A DNA stretch of 64,000 bases from Peribolospora baueri (GCA_029717555.1 JAMDHS010000002.1:1-64000); one strand, 5' to 3'; positions 47,985 to 62,056 are shown, counted from the first letter of the stretch. The notes: generated from the letters alone by a model not told the origin. A program made the numbers and translations.

Positions 47985-49744
47985 CTAGTACACCGTCGTT
48001 CCCTCCAGCTCCTCAGGGCTAAGCTGGCGCAACTCCACAGACAGACCATGCCAAAAGTCCTCGTAGTGCTCTTCGGATGTATCGGGTCTCTTTTTGAATA
48101 CGAGTAGGACACGAGTGGCATAACAGACGGCTCCATCAGCTAGCTGTCTACGGAAAGAAAAGAAGGCCAAACAGGAGGAATGAGGGTCGCTCACCGTTGC
48201 CCTCTTTTTCCTCAGCGCAGTCCGGAGGCCAACGGCATTGTAGTAAGCCGCCCGTCTCCTAATGCTGGCACCTTCTGATACTCGTTCCTTGCCTTTCCCT
48301 GTTGTGTCAGCTTGGGCCTTGGGCACATCCAAGCCTTCCCGGCTGTTCCCGTCATCAAGAACGAGAACGAGTTCGTCCTCCGGCCGCCTGATGGTCGCAA
48401 TTTCGTAGTCGCGAACAAATCTGTACGAGTGCTGGCCATCTCCGTTGCCCTCGGCAGTGTCTTCGGAAGCTCTGAGACCTCGCTTGGCGCGCTTGAGCGA
48501 GTCGGCAGTCTCGTCGTCCACAGGAAGGTAATAAGTCAAAATCTGGCTGCCCTCGTGTTCTTTAGGCCGCAGGATGGCTGCTTCTAGTCGTGAATCAGCA
48601 ATCTGGCAAAAGGAAGCGAACCGCAGTGAGACCGACATGTTAAAGGTACTTCGGTCATCATGGGAAGCTATGGGCACGCGGCATTAGTAGATTGACCAAC
48701 GCGCCCACGAACATACCTTCTCGTTCCGGTCCGTCGGAGACTCTCGGAAGACAACGAGCTGGAGAGGAGTCGCCCAAGTCTCGGCGTCGGGCAAGATATC
48801 GTATGACTCGATCGCCGTGACGCCAGATTTGGTGGGATGTTTGAGGGATGAAAGACTCTCGTTGGCTTGCTCAAAAGTCTGTTCGATGCGCGCAAGCGCC
48901 GCTGAGCGGGACATATCAACGACGGGAGTGGGCTTGACCGTGCTGGAGGAGACAATGAAGAAAACCGCCTCTGCTTGAGCACAACACATCTCGAAGGCCA
49001 AACTACGCGGCTCCGGAGCACAACGAACGTAGGATATATGCAGAACACACTCACGCCGCTTCATCAGTTCGCCTCTTGATCTCACCCCCAATGTACTCTG
49101 TCCTTCTTAGCCAGCTTACATCGCCAGCCTTGACTCTGGCGCCCACTCCGACTTCTGCGCCACCAACCATAGGAGCTTTTGGGAGAGGAGAGCCTCGAGC
49201 GGCCGGCAAAAAGACCGAAGAACTTGTCCCTCCAAAAGGGTGTTGTGCAGAACCATTCGAGGGGATGGCTGTGAAGGAGTCGAGGAGGAACTGGTCATCC
49301 GGGTGGATGTCCGTTCGAGGACCTTCAGGCTCAAGTACTAAAAGACGCGTCAGACAACGGGGTAAAACGTAGATTAAGCTGTGTGTTGCTTTGTCGTCAG
49401 TCTCACAGCGGTCAATCAACCCACCGCTCGTGTCACCATTAAACACCCCGGGAAACATGGTCAAGTCTAACGGCATTCCGCCTTCATTGTCAGCGACGAT
49501 CGGCAAGGGGAGCTCGTTGTTGAGTCGATCAACATAGCTCGGGTCGGCAAAACGCTTCGTGTCCGTGGGTATGTCAAAAAGCTTGGGAGGGAACGGAGGC
49601 GCCGGTAGGGGGTTTGCGTACCGCACCCGCACCTGAAGGTCGCTGAGCAACGTGAAAAGACAGTGGCCAGACCATTCAACGCCCGTCATCAAATGATCCG
49701 AGCCGAAAAACCATGACAACGACGCACCTGCGTTTTGAGAACAT
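47985..49744 (-). CDS. PAF1: RNA polymerase II-associated factor Paf1 (3' end uncertain)
   Basis: MFSKRS-DLQVRVRYANPLPAPPFPPKL, IHPDDQFLL, VSWLRRTEYI, LKHPTK..VTAIESYDILPD and YRFVRDY. Confidence 0.92.
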
Positions 49745-50165
49745 GATTCAGCGGTCTTAAACCACTGCAGAACTTCCCCAGGCGATACGTCGTTCGTCGT
49801 GCGAAGGAAAGAGCGAGGAAGCAGCGAGCGACGTCCAACGGCTGGCTAGGTGGGAGAAGAACGTATAAGATGCAAACGAAGGGCCAGCATTCGATCGCGA
49901 GTAGAACGGTGATCGCGGCGTTAGGCGGACATAGGACCCCGCGCACGACGGCGCCATGCATGCTGGAGCGTCAACACCGTCGCCCCTTGCCCTCGCCGTC
50001 GCCGTCGCCGTCCCAGACGCTTATTAACCACCCAGCCTTCTTCCCCCCGTCATACAAGATTTCGTAGATACATATTCATTTTCCGCTTTTTTCTCTACAC
50101 GCCCATCACCCTCCGGCAGCCAAGCCGGTCTGAACACCTTTGTTGGCGGCGCTCCGTCTGCTTCC

Positions 50166-53100
50166 ATGACCGCTTCTCCTCAAGTGGTCGGGACACCGAC
50201 AAAGCCCCGGCCGGGCTCCTTCGTTCACACCCGCGCTTACCTCGAGCAAGTGTTCGGCACTTCGTCGTCTTCTTGCTCCGTACCACAGCCATCTTCACCC
50301 TCTCCTCAGCCGCCGCCCCCTCTTGTCTCCGACTCATCCCTTTCCTCCGCCGCGAGCTCTGAAGACGACGTCGATGGGGACGTACGGGCGGACGCCGATC
50401 CGGTGGCTTCCATACTCCGCATAATCGAAGATGGAGACGCCAGCTTAGAGGAAGCGAAGCTGGATAACGTTAGAAGTGCGGTCAAGAAAGGGCTAGAAGA
50501 AAAGGAGGGTCGTTGGCCGGTGAGTGGTATCAGATCAGCTCCACCGTCGGTGCTTAGGCTATCGAATGCAATAAGGGGATGATTCATGGAGGAACGTCCG
50601 CTCAATGTTTGCATTCCCCCCCCCTCGTGTATAGGATTCCTCACGTTTGGACGCCATTATTCTCGATATCATGTGGCGACACAAAGAAGACGTCTCGCCG
50701 TCCGGAATGTCCTTTCCCACCCCACTCCGTCGATCTGCCTCTTCCACTTCGACTCCAGGCCGTCCTTGGACACCTACTCGAGCCACTTCACCGGCGGTTC
50801 CGTCAGCTACACTCAGCACTGGAGGCTCGCCTCGAGCGTCGCCTCGTCTTTTCGCTCGCACCATACCCGGCGTCGCTAGCACTGGCGCTCTACCTGGATA
50901 CCCCTCACTGCCTTCGCCTGTCTCCGCTGTTCCTCCTCTCCTGGGATTTGGCACATCTTCTCGACCTGTGTCGCCGTCTCCGCTCGGCTCCCCTCGTTTC
51001 AACGTGGGAGCTTTAGAGTTCAAGCCCCGCGCACCGTCGTCTGCTGGCTCCCCTACCCCGGCTTTTGCCCGTCCAGCTACCGGTCTGCGAAGCGAGTCGT
51101 TGTTTAACAGGACGGGTGCCACCTCACCATTGCCCAGTCACTCGCTCGCTCAGAAAAACCATCCCGCCGGGGACGAAGAGGACGAGTTCAACCCGTTCGC
51201 GGCCTCTCCAGGCCCTGTCAGAATCCACGGTCCAGGCGTGGCAGCCTCGCCCGACGCCGATGGACCTACGAACGCTACGGCGGCAGGGCCTATGTCGTCG
51301 GGCTGGTCCGGATACGGAGGCATCCTGGGAGATTCGGATCGCTTCAGCTCCTCGGCATCTACGACCTCGTCCTCAGGCGGGTACGAAATGGTCGGCTTCG
51401 AGGAGTTCTATGAAGAGGAGGACGGCCAATACGTGGGCGCATATAACATGACTGCCTTCGACGTGCTCTATTCCATTCTTGCCGGTTCCGGCACCACCAT
51501 GACGCCGGAACAGGTGGAAGAAGCGCTTTCTGCTTGCAATTATGACGTTGAAGCCGCTATGGCGTTCATCATGGACAATGGTGGGATGCCATCTCCAGTC
51601 GCCACCTCAGGAGGCAGCCAGCCAAGGACGTCTTCCAGCCCTTCCTCAGTTGCTGGACCATCGGTCCACCGTCCAGTCGTCGTCTCCCGCGATCAGTTCG
51701 TCGCACAACGTCCGGGCAGAGCCGGCTCTCCCCTTGGCTCTCCCGTACCTCGTTTCGGCTCTCCCGGACCTGGGAGCAGGCCAGGTTGGCGCCAACCTCC
51801 GGCGCCTGCGCGGGTTTGCCGTTATTTCTTGGCCGGCGATTGTCGGCGCGCGGACTGTCGCTTCTCACATGGTAAGTTGAATGTCCTTCAGTCCCACCAG
51901 CAGTTGCCAAGCTCACCTTTTTGTCCTTGTGCGCAGACCTGGAAAGGGCGCTCTGTCGGTTCTGGCTCCGCGGCCAGTGTCTGAATGATCCTTGCGCTTT
52001 CCTCCACGATCTGGACATCGTCAATTCCCTTGTCGGTCGGATGAACGACGCGAGCGCTAGCCTCGACTCTCGGAATGGAAGCAGGGGTGCAACTCCAGAA
52101 CCTCAGACCCCGCCGCCGGAGGAGTTTCCAGAGCTCAGCGGCGGCGTGTCGTCAACCCCACAGGGCGGCCGACGCAAATGGGCTCCTCTGAATGCTGATC
52201 CGGATCGAGCCCGTTTCGCGGCTGCGCTCAAACGACATGCGCCTCAGCCGCTTTCCCTCGTCGGCATACGGGGTAACAGACACGAGTTAGGCGGTCGTTA
52301 TACCGCAGTCCATGCTCGTGGGGCGCCAGTCAGTCGACAAAATCCTGTGACGACGCCTTCCACAGGCGGCCCGCCCGGTCCTCGGTCGTCACATAAACCA
52401 TCACCACGCATCACCCTTCGATCTCCTTCTCACCTGCCCACGCTCGCCACGGGGCCGTCGCTCGAATCGCTTTACATGACCTACCGTACGATGTCGCTCT
52501 CGCTGGGCGAAAACCGCAACAAGTGCCTCACGCGCGCGGCCGAGGCTTGGAAGCGTGGAGACGGCGCCGCTGCGAAGCGTTGGTCAAAGGAAGGGCAAGA
52601 GTTGAATCGACGCATGGTCGAGGCGGGCAAGGAGGCCGCTAGCAACATCGTGAAGGAACGCATGCGTATTGTCCGGGAGGAGATGGCAGCTGGCGACCCA
52701 AGCACGTTCGGGGGCGACAGAAGCGAGCGGGCGGCCAGAGGTAAATTGGTGGGCAACGGTCTGGGCGTGTGCCTTGGAGTCGCAAGCAAGCAAGTCGCTG
52801 GCTCGAACCTTACGGCGGAGGAAAGGATGGAGGCTATGCTCGACCTGCATGGACTGCACGCCAGCGAGGCCATCAACATCATTGAAGAATTCTTGCGTAA
52901 GTTGTCCTTTGCGACCGTCGGGAAGTCGTCTAGCTGTGAAGGCTGACTCAGTGTCTCGCTGTTCCCTCCCCGCACGACAGTCGCCCTGGAACAAGAGCAT
53001 TTCTTGGGACTAGCCTATCTCGTCGTGGGCGAAGGACGACATTCTGGTGCGTCGGACGCGGGGGTGGCCAGGCGTCGGGTCAGGTTGATGAATGCAGTGA

Positions 53101-53180
53101 AGGAGTTTCTCAATAGCTGGTGTTACCCGTACCGCGAGGAGGGCGGCGTCGTCTGTGTGGACCAGTGCACGCACGCTTAA
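50166..53180 (+). CDS. CCCH zinc-finger / UBA-CUE-like / DUF1771 / SMR (Smr) domain protein
   Basis: CRYFLAGDCRRADCRFSH and CRFWLRGQCLNDPCAFLH; VEEALSACNYDVEAAMAFI; RNKCLTRAAEAWKRGD; LDLHGLHASEAI...LVVGEGRHS. Confidence 0.9.
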
Positions 53181-54043
53181 GGAAGGGACTGCGGGTGGAT
53201 TTTGTTTGTCACGAAATGACCGTGTAAGAGTAGTCTTAGTCTGCGCGAGAAAGGACAAAGAACAATAGGTTTTACTTCATGCGGACGAGACCTAGCCCCG
53301 TGATCGCCGCTCTTCTGCGGACGAGCGATCGGCCGACCTATATGTATCTGGCCTCCTGAGGCGGACAGGATCGGATTCGCGGCCGGGCGAGGATGCCGGA
53401 GTAAAGCGCCGGAGTAACTATGGATTCCAAAAGGCCAGCGCAGCGCAGCGGCGTCATCGGACTCGCGGAACACATTCATTCGCCTGGCACCGAGCTAGCG
53501 CACGGCCGCGCCACGCAACTTAAAAAAAAGGCAAAAAGCCTGCTGTTATCGGACTCGGCGTGAGGGACGAACGAGTGGGAGCCGGAGTAAAAGGCGAGCG
53601 GCGAGTAAAGTAAAGCGCCAGGGCAAGGGCAAGGGCAAAGCAGACGTCGGGTTGTCGAGCACATGTTCACCTGCGCATCGCCGACTCGCCCGCGCCGGAT
53701 TCTCCCCCGTTCCCGGTCGTGGACGCCGCATTTCGCCAAGTACTCCAAGTCAAAGAAAGAAAGGACAGACTGAATTAGGCAAGTTACTCGGTTCTTGGCG
53801 ACAAGAGGACGAGTTGGGGCCGGTCTTAGGCGGCGGGATCCGGACCCAACAGTCGGAGGGGCGGAGCGAACTCCAACAACCGCAGCACGAAGTTGGGGTC
53901 GGAAGCCGAGTGGAAATGCGTTCGTGTGCTGGGGCTGGCCGGCCGGAGGGCTGGCTCGCTGGCTGGAGCGAGGGGCGGTCCCTGATATTAAGGCAATCGT
54001 GGAGGAAAACGGGGTTGGTTCTCTTCGACCATGCCCTCCCACC

Positions 54044-57000
54044 ATGTCGCCCTCCTCACCATCATCCCTCGATCCCTCTGCCCCTGCCGGGCGTGAGTTC
54101 CGTATCAATCCCAATCCCGCGCCCGCTATGGGCAAGAGCCTCAGCATGCAGCAGGACCCTCCCCGCTCGGGCGGCAACTCGCTCGATGTCGCCCCTGCCA
54201 GCATCGTCTCCGACTACGTGAGGAACATGGGCGGTCACACCGTCATCACCAAGGTGAGCGACCCATACAAGCAAGCCTCGTGTCGAACGAAGCGTTCGGC
54301 GGCCCAAATCCTTGCAGCACCCCCAGTGCTGGGAGGCAGGCGAGCGCAGCGCTGACCGAAAGAGGCCGGCCCGTGTCGTCACAGGTCCTCATCTGCAACA
54401 ACGGTATCGCCGCCGTCAAAGAGATTCGCTCCATTCGCAAGTGGGCCTATGAGACGTTCGGCTCGGAGCGAGCGATCGAGTTCACCGTCATGGCCACTCC
54501 CGAAGACCTCAAGGTGAACGCAGACTACATCCGCATGGCCGATCAGTACGTCGAGGTTCCGGGAGGCACGAACAACAACAACTACGCCAACGTCGATCTC
54601 ATCGTCGATATCGCCGAGAGAGCGGGTGTACATGCCGTATGGGCGGGATGGTGAGCGGGGACCGACTTTTTTTTTTCTTGGTGCCAATGCTTTCATCAGA
54701 CTCTGAGTTGCGGAAGGTCAACTGGCTGAGTCTTGTTGCGTTCTTGTCCTTTCAGGGGTCACGCTTCCGAAAACCCGCGCTTGCCAGAGTCGCTCGCCGC
54801 TTCTGCTCAGAAAATCGTTTTCATCGGACCTCCCGGCAGCGCTATGCGCTCGCTCGGCGACAAGATCTCGTCCACCATCGTCGCACAATCGGCCAAGGTG
54901 CCGTGCATGCCTTGGTCGGGCACTGGCGTGGAAGACACCGTCATGTCAGACAAGGGCTTCCTCACCGTCGCGGACGATGTGTATCAGAAGGCGTGCATTC
55001 ACTCGGCCGAGGAAGGCCTCGAGCGCGCACAGGCGATCGGCTTCCCCGTCATGGTCAAGGCCTCTGAAGGTGGTGGCGGAAAGGGTATCCGCAAGGTCGA
55101 CAGCCCCGATGCTTTCCGTCAGGCTTACAACGCTGTGCTCGGAGAGGTCCCCGGATCGCCCGTCTTCGTCATGAAGCTGGCTGGATCCGCCCGTCACTTG
55201 GAGGTGCAGCTGCTTGCCGACCAGTATGGAAATGCGATCTCCATCTTCGGTCGCGACTGCTCCGTGCAGAGGAGACATCAAAAGATTATCGAGGAGGCTC
55301 CCGTTACAATCGCCAAGGAGGAGACCTTTGAGAAGATGGAGAAGGCCGCGGTCAGGCTGGCCAAGCTGGTCGGTTACGTCAGTGCGGGCAGTGAGTGCTC
55401 GCTCAAAGAGATGGCCATGGACGTACGGACGTTCTGTTCTCACTTACTCACGACTGCCCTTGTGTTCTTATTCTCATGTCAGCCGTCGAATACCTGTACA
55501 GCGCGCAGGAGGACAAGTTCTATTTTCTCGAGCTCAACCCCCGTCTGCAAGTCGAGCACCCCACCACGGAGATGGTTTCTGGTGTCAACATCCCCGCCGC
55601 TCAGCTACAGGTGGCTATGGGTGTTCCTTTGCACCGGATTAGGGACATCCGTGTCCTGTACGGTATGGACCCGAGAGGAACGGAGCCCATCGACTTTGAC
55701 TTCGTCGACGCCAAGAGCGCCCTTACTCAGCGCAAGCCTCAGCCCAAGGGTCACGTCGTCGCCGTCCGCATCACGGCTGAGAACCCAGACGCTGGTTTCA
55801 AACCAAGCTCAGGTCGGTAGCCATTTTTGCTCTTCCTAACATGCCTTTATGTCTGACGTATTTTCAACTTGACTGATCGGCCATCTCTCTTGTTTTCATC
55901 CCATTCTGACAACAGGCAATCTGCAAGAACTGAATTTCCGGTCCTCGACCAATGTGTGGGGATACTTCTCCGTCGGCACTGCTGGCGGCCTGCACGAGTT
56001 CGCAGATTCGCAGTTTGGTCACCTTTTCGGTACGTGATCTGCACGTAGAGGTTGCTCTCCCCAGCATGCCAAAGACCTTACATTTTCACCTTGCCTTTCT
56101 CGTATACTCTCTTAAAGCTTACGGCGCGGACCGCTCCGAAAGTAGGAAGAACATGGTCATCGCCCTTAAGGAACTGAGCATTCGGTGAGCCTTACCATCT
56201 TGCTTGTTCATGCCAGCGATGGAAAGGCTGATTTAACCATGGATATACGCATATACCTTTCGTAGTGGTGACTTCCGCACGACGGTCGAGTACCTCATCA
56301 AGCTTTTGGAGACGGAAGCGTTCGAGAAAAACACCATTACGACCGGTTGGCTTGACACATTGATTAGCGAGCGACTCACGGCTGAGCGCCCCGATCCCAC
56401 GCTCGCGGTTGTATGTGGCGGTGTCACAAAGGCCTTCATGCTCGCCAGCACCTGCGCCGACGAGTACAAGCGCGTGCTCGAGAAGGGCCAGGTACCAGCG
56501 AGAGACACGCTCAAGACGGTCTTCCAGATCGATTTCATTTACGAGAACACTCGTTACGCGTTCACCGCCACGCGTTCGTCTCCCACCGGTTGGACCCTTT
56601 ACCTGAATGGAGGCAGGACTCAGGTGTCGGCGCGTCCGTTGGCTGACGGTGGTCTTCTTGTCGGCCTCAACGGCAAGTCGCATACTGTATACTGGCGCGA
56701 GGAAGTTGGCGCAACGCGTCTTATGGTCGACCAGAAGACCTGCTTGATCGAGCAGGAGAACGATCCCACGCAAGTCCGCAGTCCATCCCCCGGCAAACTG
56801 GTCCGCTATCTCGTCGAGTCGGGCGACCACGTCAAGGCGGGCCAAGCGATTGCGGAGATTGAAGTCATGAAGATGTATCTGCCGCTCGTGGCAGCTGAAG
56901 ACGGTATTGCTCAGTTCGTCAAGCAACCAGGCTCCGCGCTCGAACCTGGCGACATCATCGGCATCCTCTCGTTAGATGACCCTAGCCGCGTTCAACACGC

Positions 57001-60000
57001 CAAGGCCTTCGAAGGCCAACTGCCGCCCCTCGGTCTGCCCAACATCGTTGGCGCCAAGCCACATCAACGCTTTAAGCACCTTCTTGAGACTCTCAACAAC
57101 ATCCTGGATGGCTACGACAACCAATCCACTATGCAATCGAGCATCAGGGAGCTGTTCGAGGTCCTCCGGAATCCGGAGCTGCCATATGGAGAGGCCGCAC
57201 AAGTCCTCTCGAGCTTATCGGGTCGCATGCCGTCCAAGCTGGAAGAGACCATCCGCACCACCCTCGATCAGGCGCACCATCGGCACGCCGAGTTCCCCTC
57301 GTCGCGACTTCGTCGCGCCATCGACTCGTACGCCAACGAGAATGTCCGCCCTGTGGATCGCCCTGCTTTGACCGCGACGCTTGCTCCCCTCAGCAAGGTC
57401 ATCGAAGACTACCGCTCCGGCCTCAAGGTGCATGAGTGGATCACGCTTGCCGGGCTCTTGGAGAGGTACTACGAAACCGAGAAGATTTTCAGCGGCCAGC
57501 AGGAGGATGTCGTTCTTGTATTGAGGGACGAGCACAAGTCGGATCTCGACAAAGTCGTCAGTCTCGTTTTGTCTCACTCGAAGACACTCACCAAGAACGG
57601 GTTGATCATCGCCATCCTCAATGCCGTCAAGGAAGGTGGCCATTTGTTCACCGTCGACGAAGCTTTCAGCACGGCTCTCGACAATCTGGCCAACCTCGAT
57701 GGCCGTTCCACGGCACCTGTCGCTCTCAAGGCCAGGGAGGTGGTTATCCTCAGCCAGCTTCCATCACTTGAAGAGCGGTCTGTCCAGATGGAGCAGATTC
57801 TCAAAGGCTCAGTCACCGAGAGCTTCTACGGCAGTTCTGGTGAAGGCTTCCGTCTGCCAGTAGGCGATGTCCTCAGGGAGCTCAGCGACTCACGCTTCTC
57901 CGTGTTCGACGTACTCCCGATCTTCTTCGACTACGACTCGCCTGATGCACCTTCTCGCTTGAAGACATTTGTCAGCCTGGCGGCGTTCGAGGTCTACATC
58001 CGCAGGGCATACAAAGCATACTCACTGAGCGGGATTGACTACCACGGCGAGAACGAGGACGAGCCGTTGGCGTTGGCCTGGCGTTTCAACCTGAGCAAGG
58101 CCACAGACATCAAAAAGTTCCCTACCGTTGCCAATGAGATCTCGGCAGAGGCTCGCTCTAAAGGGTCCGTCTCTGACCTCAAGGCGCTTCCTGGATCTTC
58201 GGGCGCGGGTCTTGAGCGTCTTGGCGTTATGACCAGCTGCAACGGGCTTGACGAGCTCCCCCAGACGATTTCCGAAGCCCTTGCCCTCTTCCCGCGAGGC
58301 ACAGCTGGCGAGGATCGCCACAACGTGTTGAACGTTGCTATCCGTCTGTTCGAGGACCAGGACTCGGTCTCCGACACACAAGCCCAGATGGAATTCGTCG
58401 AGGCGGCTGCGCAGTTCAGCAAACAGTTCGAGGGACGCGGCATCCGCCGTGTCACTTTCCTGATCTGCCGTCGAGGTGACTATCCTGGCTTTGTCACTGT
58501 ACGCCCCGATGAGAGCGACGGCGGCCGATGGACCGAAGACAAAGCCATCCACAACATCGAGCCTGCGCTTGCGTATCAGCTCGAGCTTAGCCGCCTCAGC
58601 AACTTCGACATTTCGCCCCTCCCCATTGACAACCGTCAGATTCACATCTACCATGCTACCGGCAAGGCCAACACCAGCGACAGCCGCTTCTTCGTTCGAG
58701 CTTTGGTTCGTCCGGGTCGCATCCGCGGCAACGTTTCCATGGCCGACTATCTCATCTCCGAGTCGGACCGTTTGGTGAACGACATTTTGAATGCCCTCGA
58801 GGTCGTGGCAGCACAACCCGAGTACAGGACAGGTGCGTTTCCTATGGCGGATGTCTATCTCTGCTTGGGTCCAATAGCTTACCCCTACTATGTATCTTCT
58901 ATTTTCAGCGGACTGCAACAACATCTTCCTCAACTTTGTCTACAACCTGCCGGTGACGCTAGAGGCGGTTCAGGCCGCGCTCGCTGGTTTCATCGACCGT
59001 CATGGTCGAAGACTCTGGAGGCTGCGCGTGACTTCTGCAGAGATTCGCGTTGTGTTGGAAGGTCCCAATGGCGGGATCACGCCGATGCGAGCTGTCATTG
59101 AGAACGTCAGCGGCTTCGTCGTCAAGTACGAGGTTTACACCGAGGTCATGACCGATCGCGGCACTGCTATCCTCAAGTCTGTCGCGCCTGGTCCTCAGGG
59201 ATCCCTCCACCTTCAGCCTGTCGATGTGCCTTACCCAACCAAGGAGTGGCTTCAGCCGAAGCGCTACAAGGCTCACATCGTCGGCACGACTTACTGCTAT
59301 GACTTCCCAGACCTGTTCCGCCAAGCTATTCGCAGCATTTGGTCGGAAGCCGCAAAGTACGTTTCCGGCCTCAAAGCTCCTGCGGACCCTCTGCACACGA
59401 AGGAGCTCGTCTTGGATGAGGACAACGTCCTGCAAGAGGTCGATCGCGCGCCGGGCAGCAACACCTGCGGCATGGTCGGGTGGATCTTCACCATGCTTAC
59501 TCCCGAGTTCCCCAAGGGCCGCCGGGTGGTCGTGGTCGCCAACGACATTACGTACAAGATTGGTTCGTTCGGCCCGTTGGAGGACGAATATTTTTTCAAG
59601 GTCACTGAGCTCGCTCGCTCTCTCGGAATCCCGCGCATTTACTTGTCGGCCAATTCGGGAGCGAGGATCGGCCTGGCAGAAGAGGTGCTAGGCCTGTTCA
59701 GCGCAGCATGGAACGATGCGGGCGCGCCGGAAAAGGGTTTCAAGTACCTCTACCTGACTCCCGACAGCTACGAGAAGCTCCAGGAGAAAGGTAGTGGCAG
59801 CGTCATCACCACTGAAGTCGAGGAAGCGGGCGAAAGGCGTTACAAGGTCACGGACATCATTGGCCTGGAGGACGGGCTAGGCGTCGAGTGTCTCAAAGGC
59901 TCTGGGCTCATCGCCGGTGAGACCTCGCGCGCGTACGACGACATCTTCACCATCACGCTCGTCACCGCCCGCTCGGTGGGTATCGGTGCCTACCTCGTCC

Positions 60001-61616
60001 GGCTTGGGCAGAGGACGGTGCAAGTCGAAGGGCAGCCCATCATTCTCACAGGCGCTCCAGCACTCAATAAACTCCTCGGACGGGAAGTATACACGTCCAA
60101 CCTGCAACTCGGCGGTACTCAGATTATGTACAAGAATGGAGTCTCGCACCTGACGGCACAGAACGACCTCCAAGGCGCTCGGCAGATTGTGAAATGGCTC
60201 TCGTACGTCCCCGCCCGTAAGAACAGTCCGATTCCCATCGCCCCTTCCGTCGACCACTGGGACCGCGAGATTGGGTACGTCCCTACCAAAAGTCCGTATG
60301 ATCCACGCTGGTTCATTGAGGGCAAACAAGAGGAGAGTGGCGAGTTCCTCGGCGGCTTCTTCGACAAGGGCTCTTTCCAAGAGACGCTCAGTGGATGGGC
60401 GACGTCTGTGGTCGTCGGCCGGGCGCGTCTCGGTGGTATCCCCATGGGCGTCATCGCCGTAGAGACGCGCACGCTCGAACGTGTCATCCCGGCCGACCCA
60501 GCCAACCCCAATTCGCAGGAGCAGAAGATCAACGAGGCCGGTCAGGTCTGGTACCCGAACTCGGCGTACAAGACAGCTCAGGCCATTTTCGACTTCAACC
60601 GTGAACAGTTGCCTCTCATGATCTTTTCAAACTGGCGCGGTTTCTCAGGCGGTCAACAAGACATGTTTGACGAGATGTGAGTACCTTTTATCCCTCTTTC
60701 CTTGCTATCGCGATTGAAGGACCTTTGAGTCATCCCGTTAATCGACCCAATCCTTTGCGGCTTCACAGCTTGAAACAAGGCTCCAAGATTGTTGATGGTC
60801 TCGCGGATTACAAGCAACCCGTGTTCGTCTACATTCCCCCATACGGAGAGCTTCGAGGCGGCGCCTTTGTCGTCGTACACCCAGACGTCTCCAACAACGG
60901 TTTGATGGAGATGTATGCCGATGAGGAGTCGCGTGCGGGTGTCTTGGGTGAGTGCCACGATCTTTCCACTGATACGCGCTCCTCTAGACTAATTCAAGGT
61001 GATTGTGTGTCTTGCAGAGCCCGAAGGCATTGTCGAGGTGAAGTACCGGGCTGAAAAGCAGCGGCAGACGATGGCACGCCTGGACGATACATATAAAGCC
61101 CTGCTTGAGGCGTCCAAGGATACTTCCAAGTCGACCGAGGAGCAGGCTAAGGCCAAGCAAGCCCTTTCTGAGCGCGAAGAGGTCTTGCGCCCTGTGTATC
61201 AGAGCATCGCCATCCACTACAGCGACCTGCACGACCGTGCCGGTCGCATGGTGGCCAAGGACGTCGTCCGCCAGGCACTCAGCTGGCCGCAAGCCCGTCG
61301 ATTCTTCTACTGGCGTCTGCGGCGGAGACTCAACGAGGAGTACACGCTTCAGAAGATCCTCGGCGCCAGCCCGAACTTGGGCCGGAAGGAGGGTTTGGCC
61401 GTGCTCAACTCGCTCCTGGATCAGTCAATCGACATGGCGGACGACATGAGCGTGGCCAAGTACATTGAGCAGCACCACGACGTCGTCAGCGCTGGAGTGG
61501 AGGAACTCCGCAAACAGCATGTCGTGCGGAACGTCCTCAACTTGCTCGACACTAATCGCGACGCCGTGCTCGAGGCTTTGAACCAGAATGGCCTCACGCT
61601 CGCGTCGCTCCAGTAA
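54044..61616 (+). CDS. ACC1: Acetyl-CoA carboxylase (multidomain ACC)
   Basis: [40 protein letters not shown], biotin motif EVMKM, and CT domain SANSGARIG and [12 protein letters not shown]. Confidence 0.98.
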
Positions 61617-62056
61617 ACGACTCAGATGGCGGATGGTCCTAGCCAGGTTGCGATCGGGACGTCTCTTCTCGTCGCCGTTCTTCTCTGCCTGTCTATCACG
61701 CGTTGTTAATGATATTTCACCTCGTTTCTTACTTGGCCCTCCGTTACGATGTAGTGTATTCCTTCATCTTCAGAATGATAGACATGTTACCACGTATGTC
61801 ATAATGCCCGCCCGACGATGAATGCATCCCTGTCGTTTTCTAGAAAACAGTCATATGTAGAGAGGGATATACATATATATATGTACGTGACATAGTCCAA
61901 GCTGAACGGCGCGCATTCGACAATCCTTCACGGCAGATCGGGATGGGTTGCGCTGCGGTGTTCGATCGCAGGCCTTGTCGTCCTGGAGTCAGGCGGGACA
62001 GTTTATGAGTGGCGCTTTCGCCTCTCCCTCCACTCTCAGTCAACCCCACCCACGAC

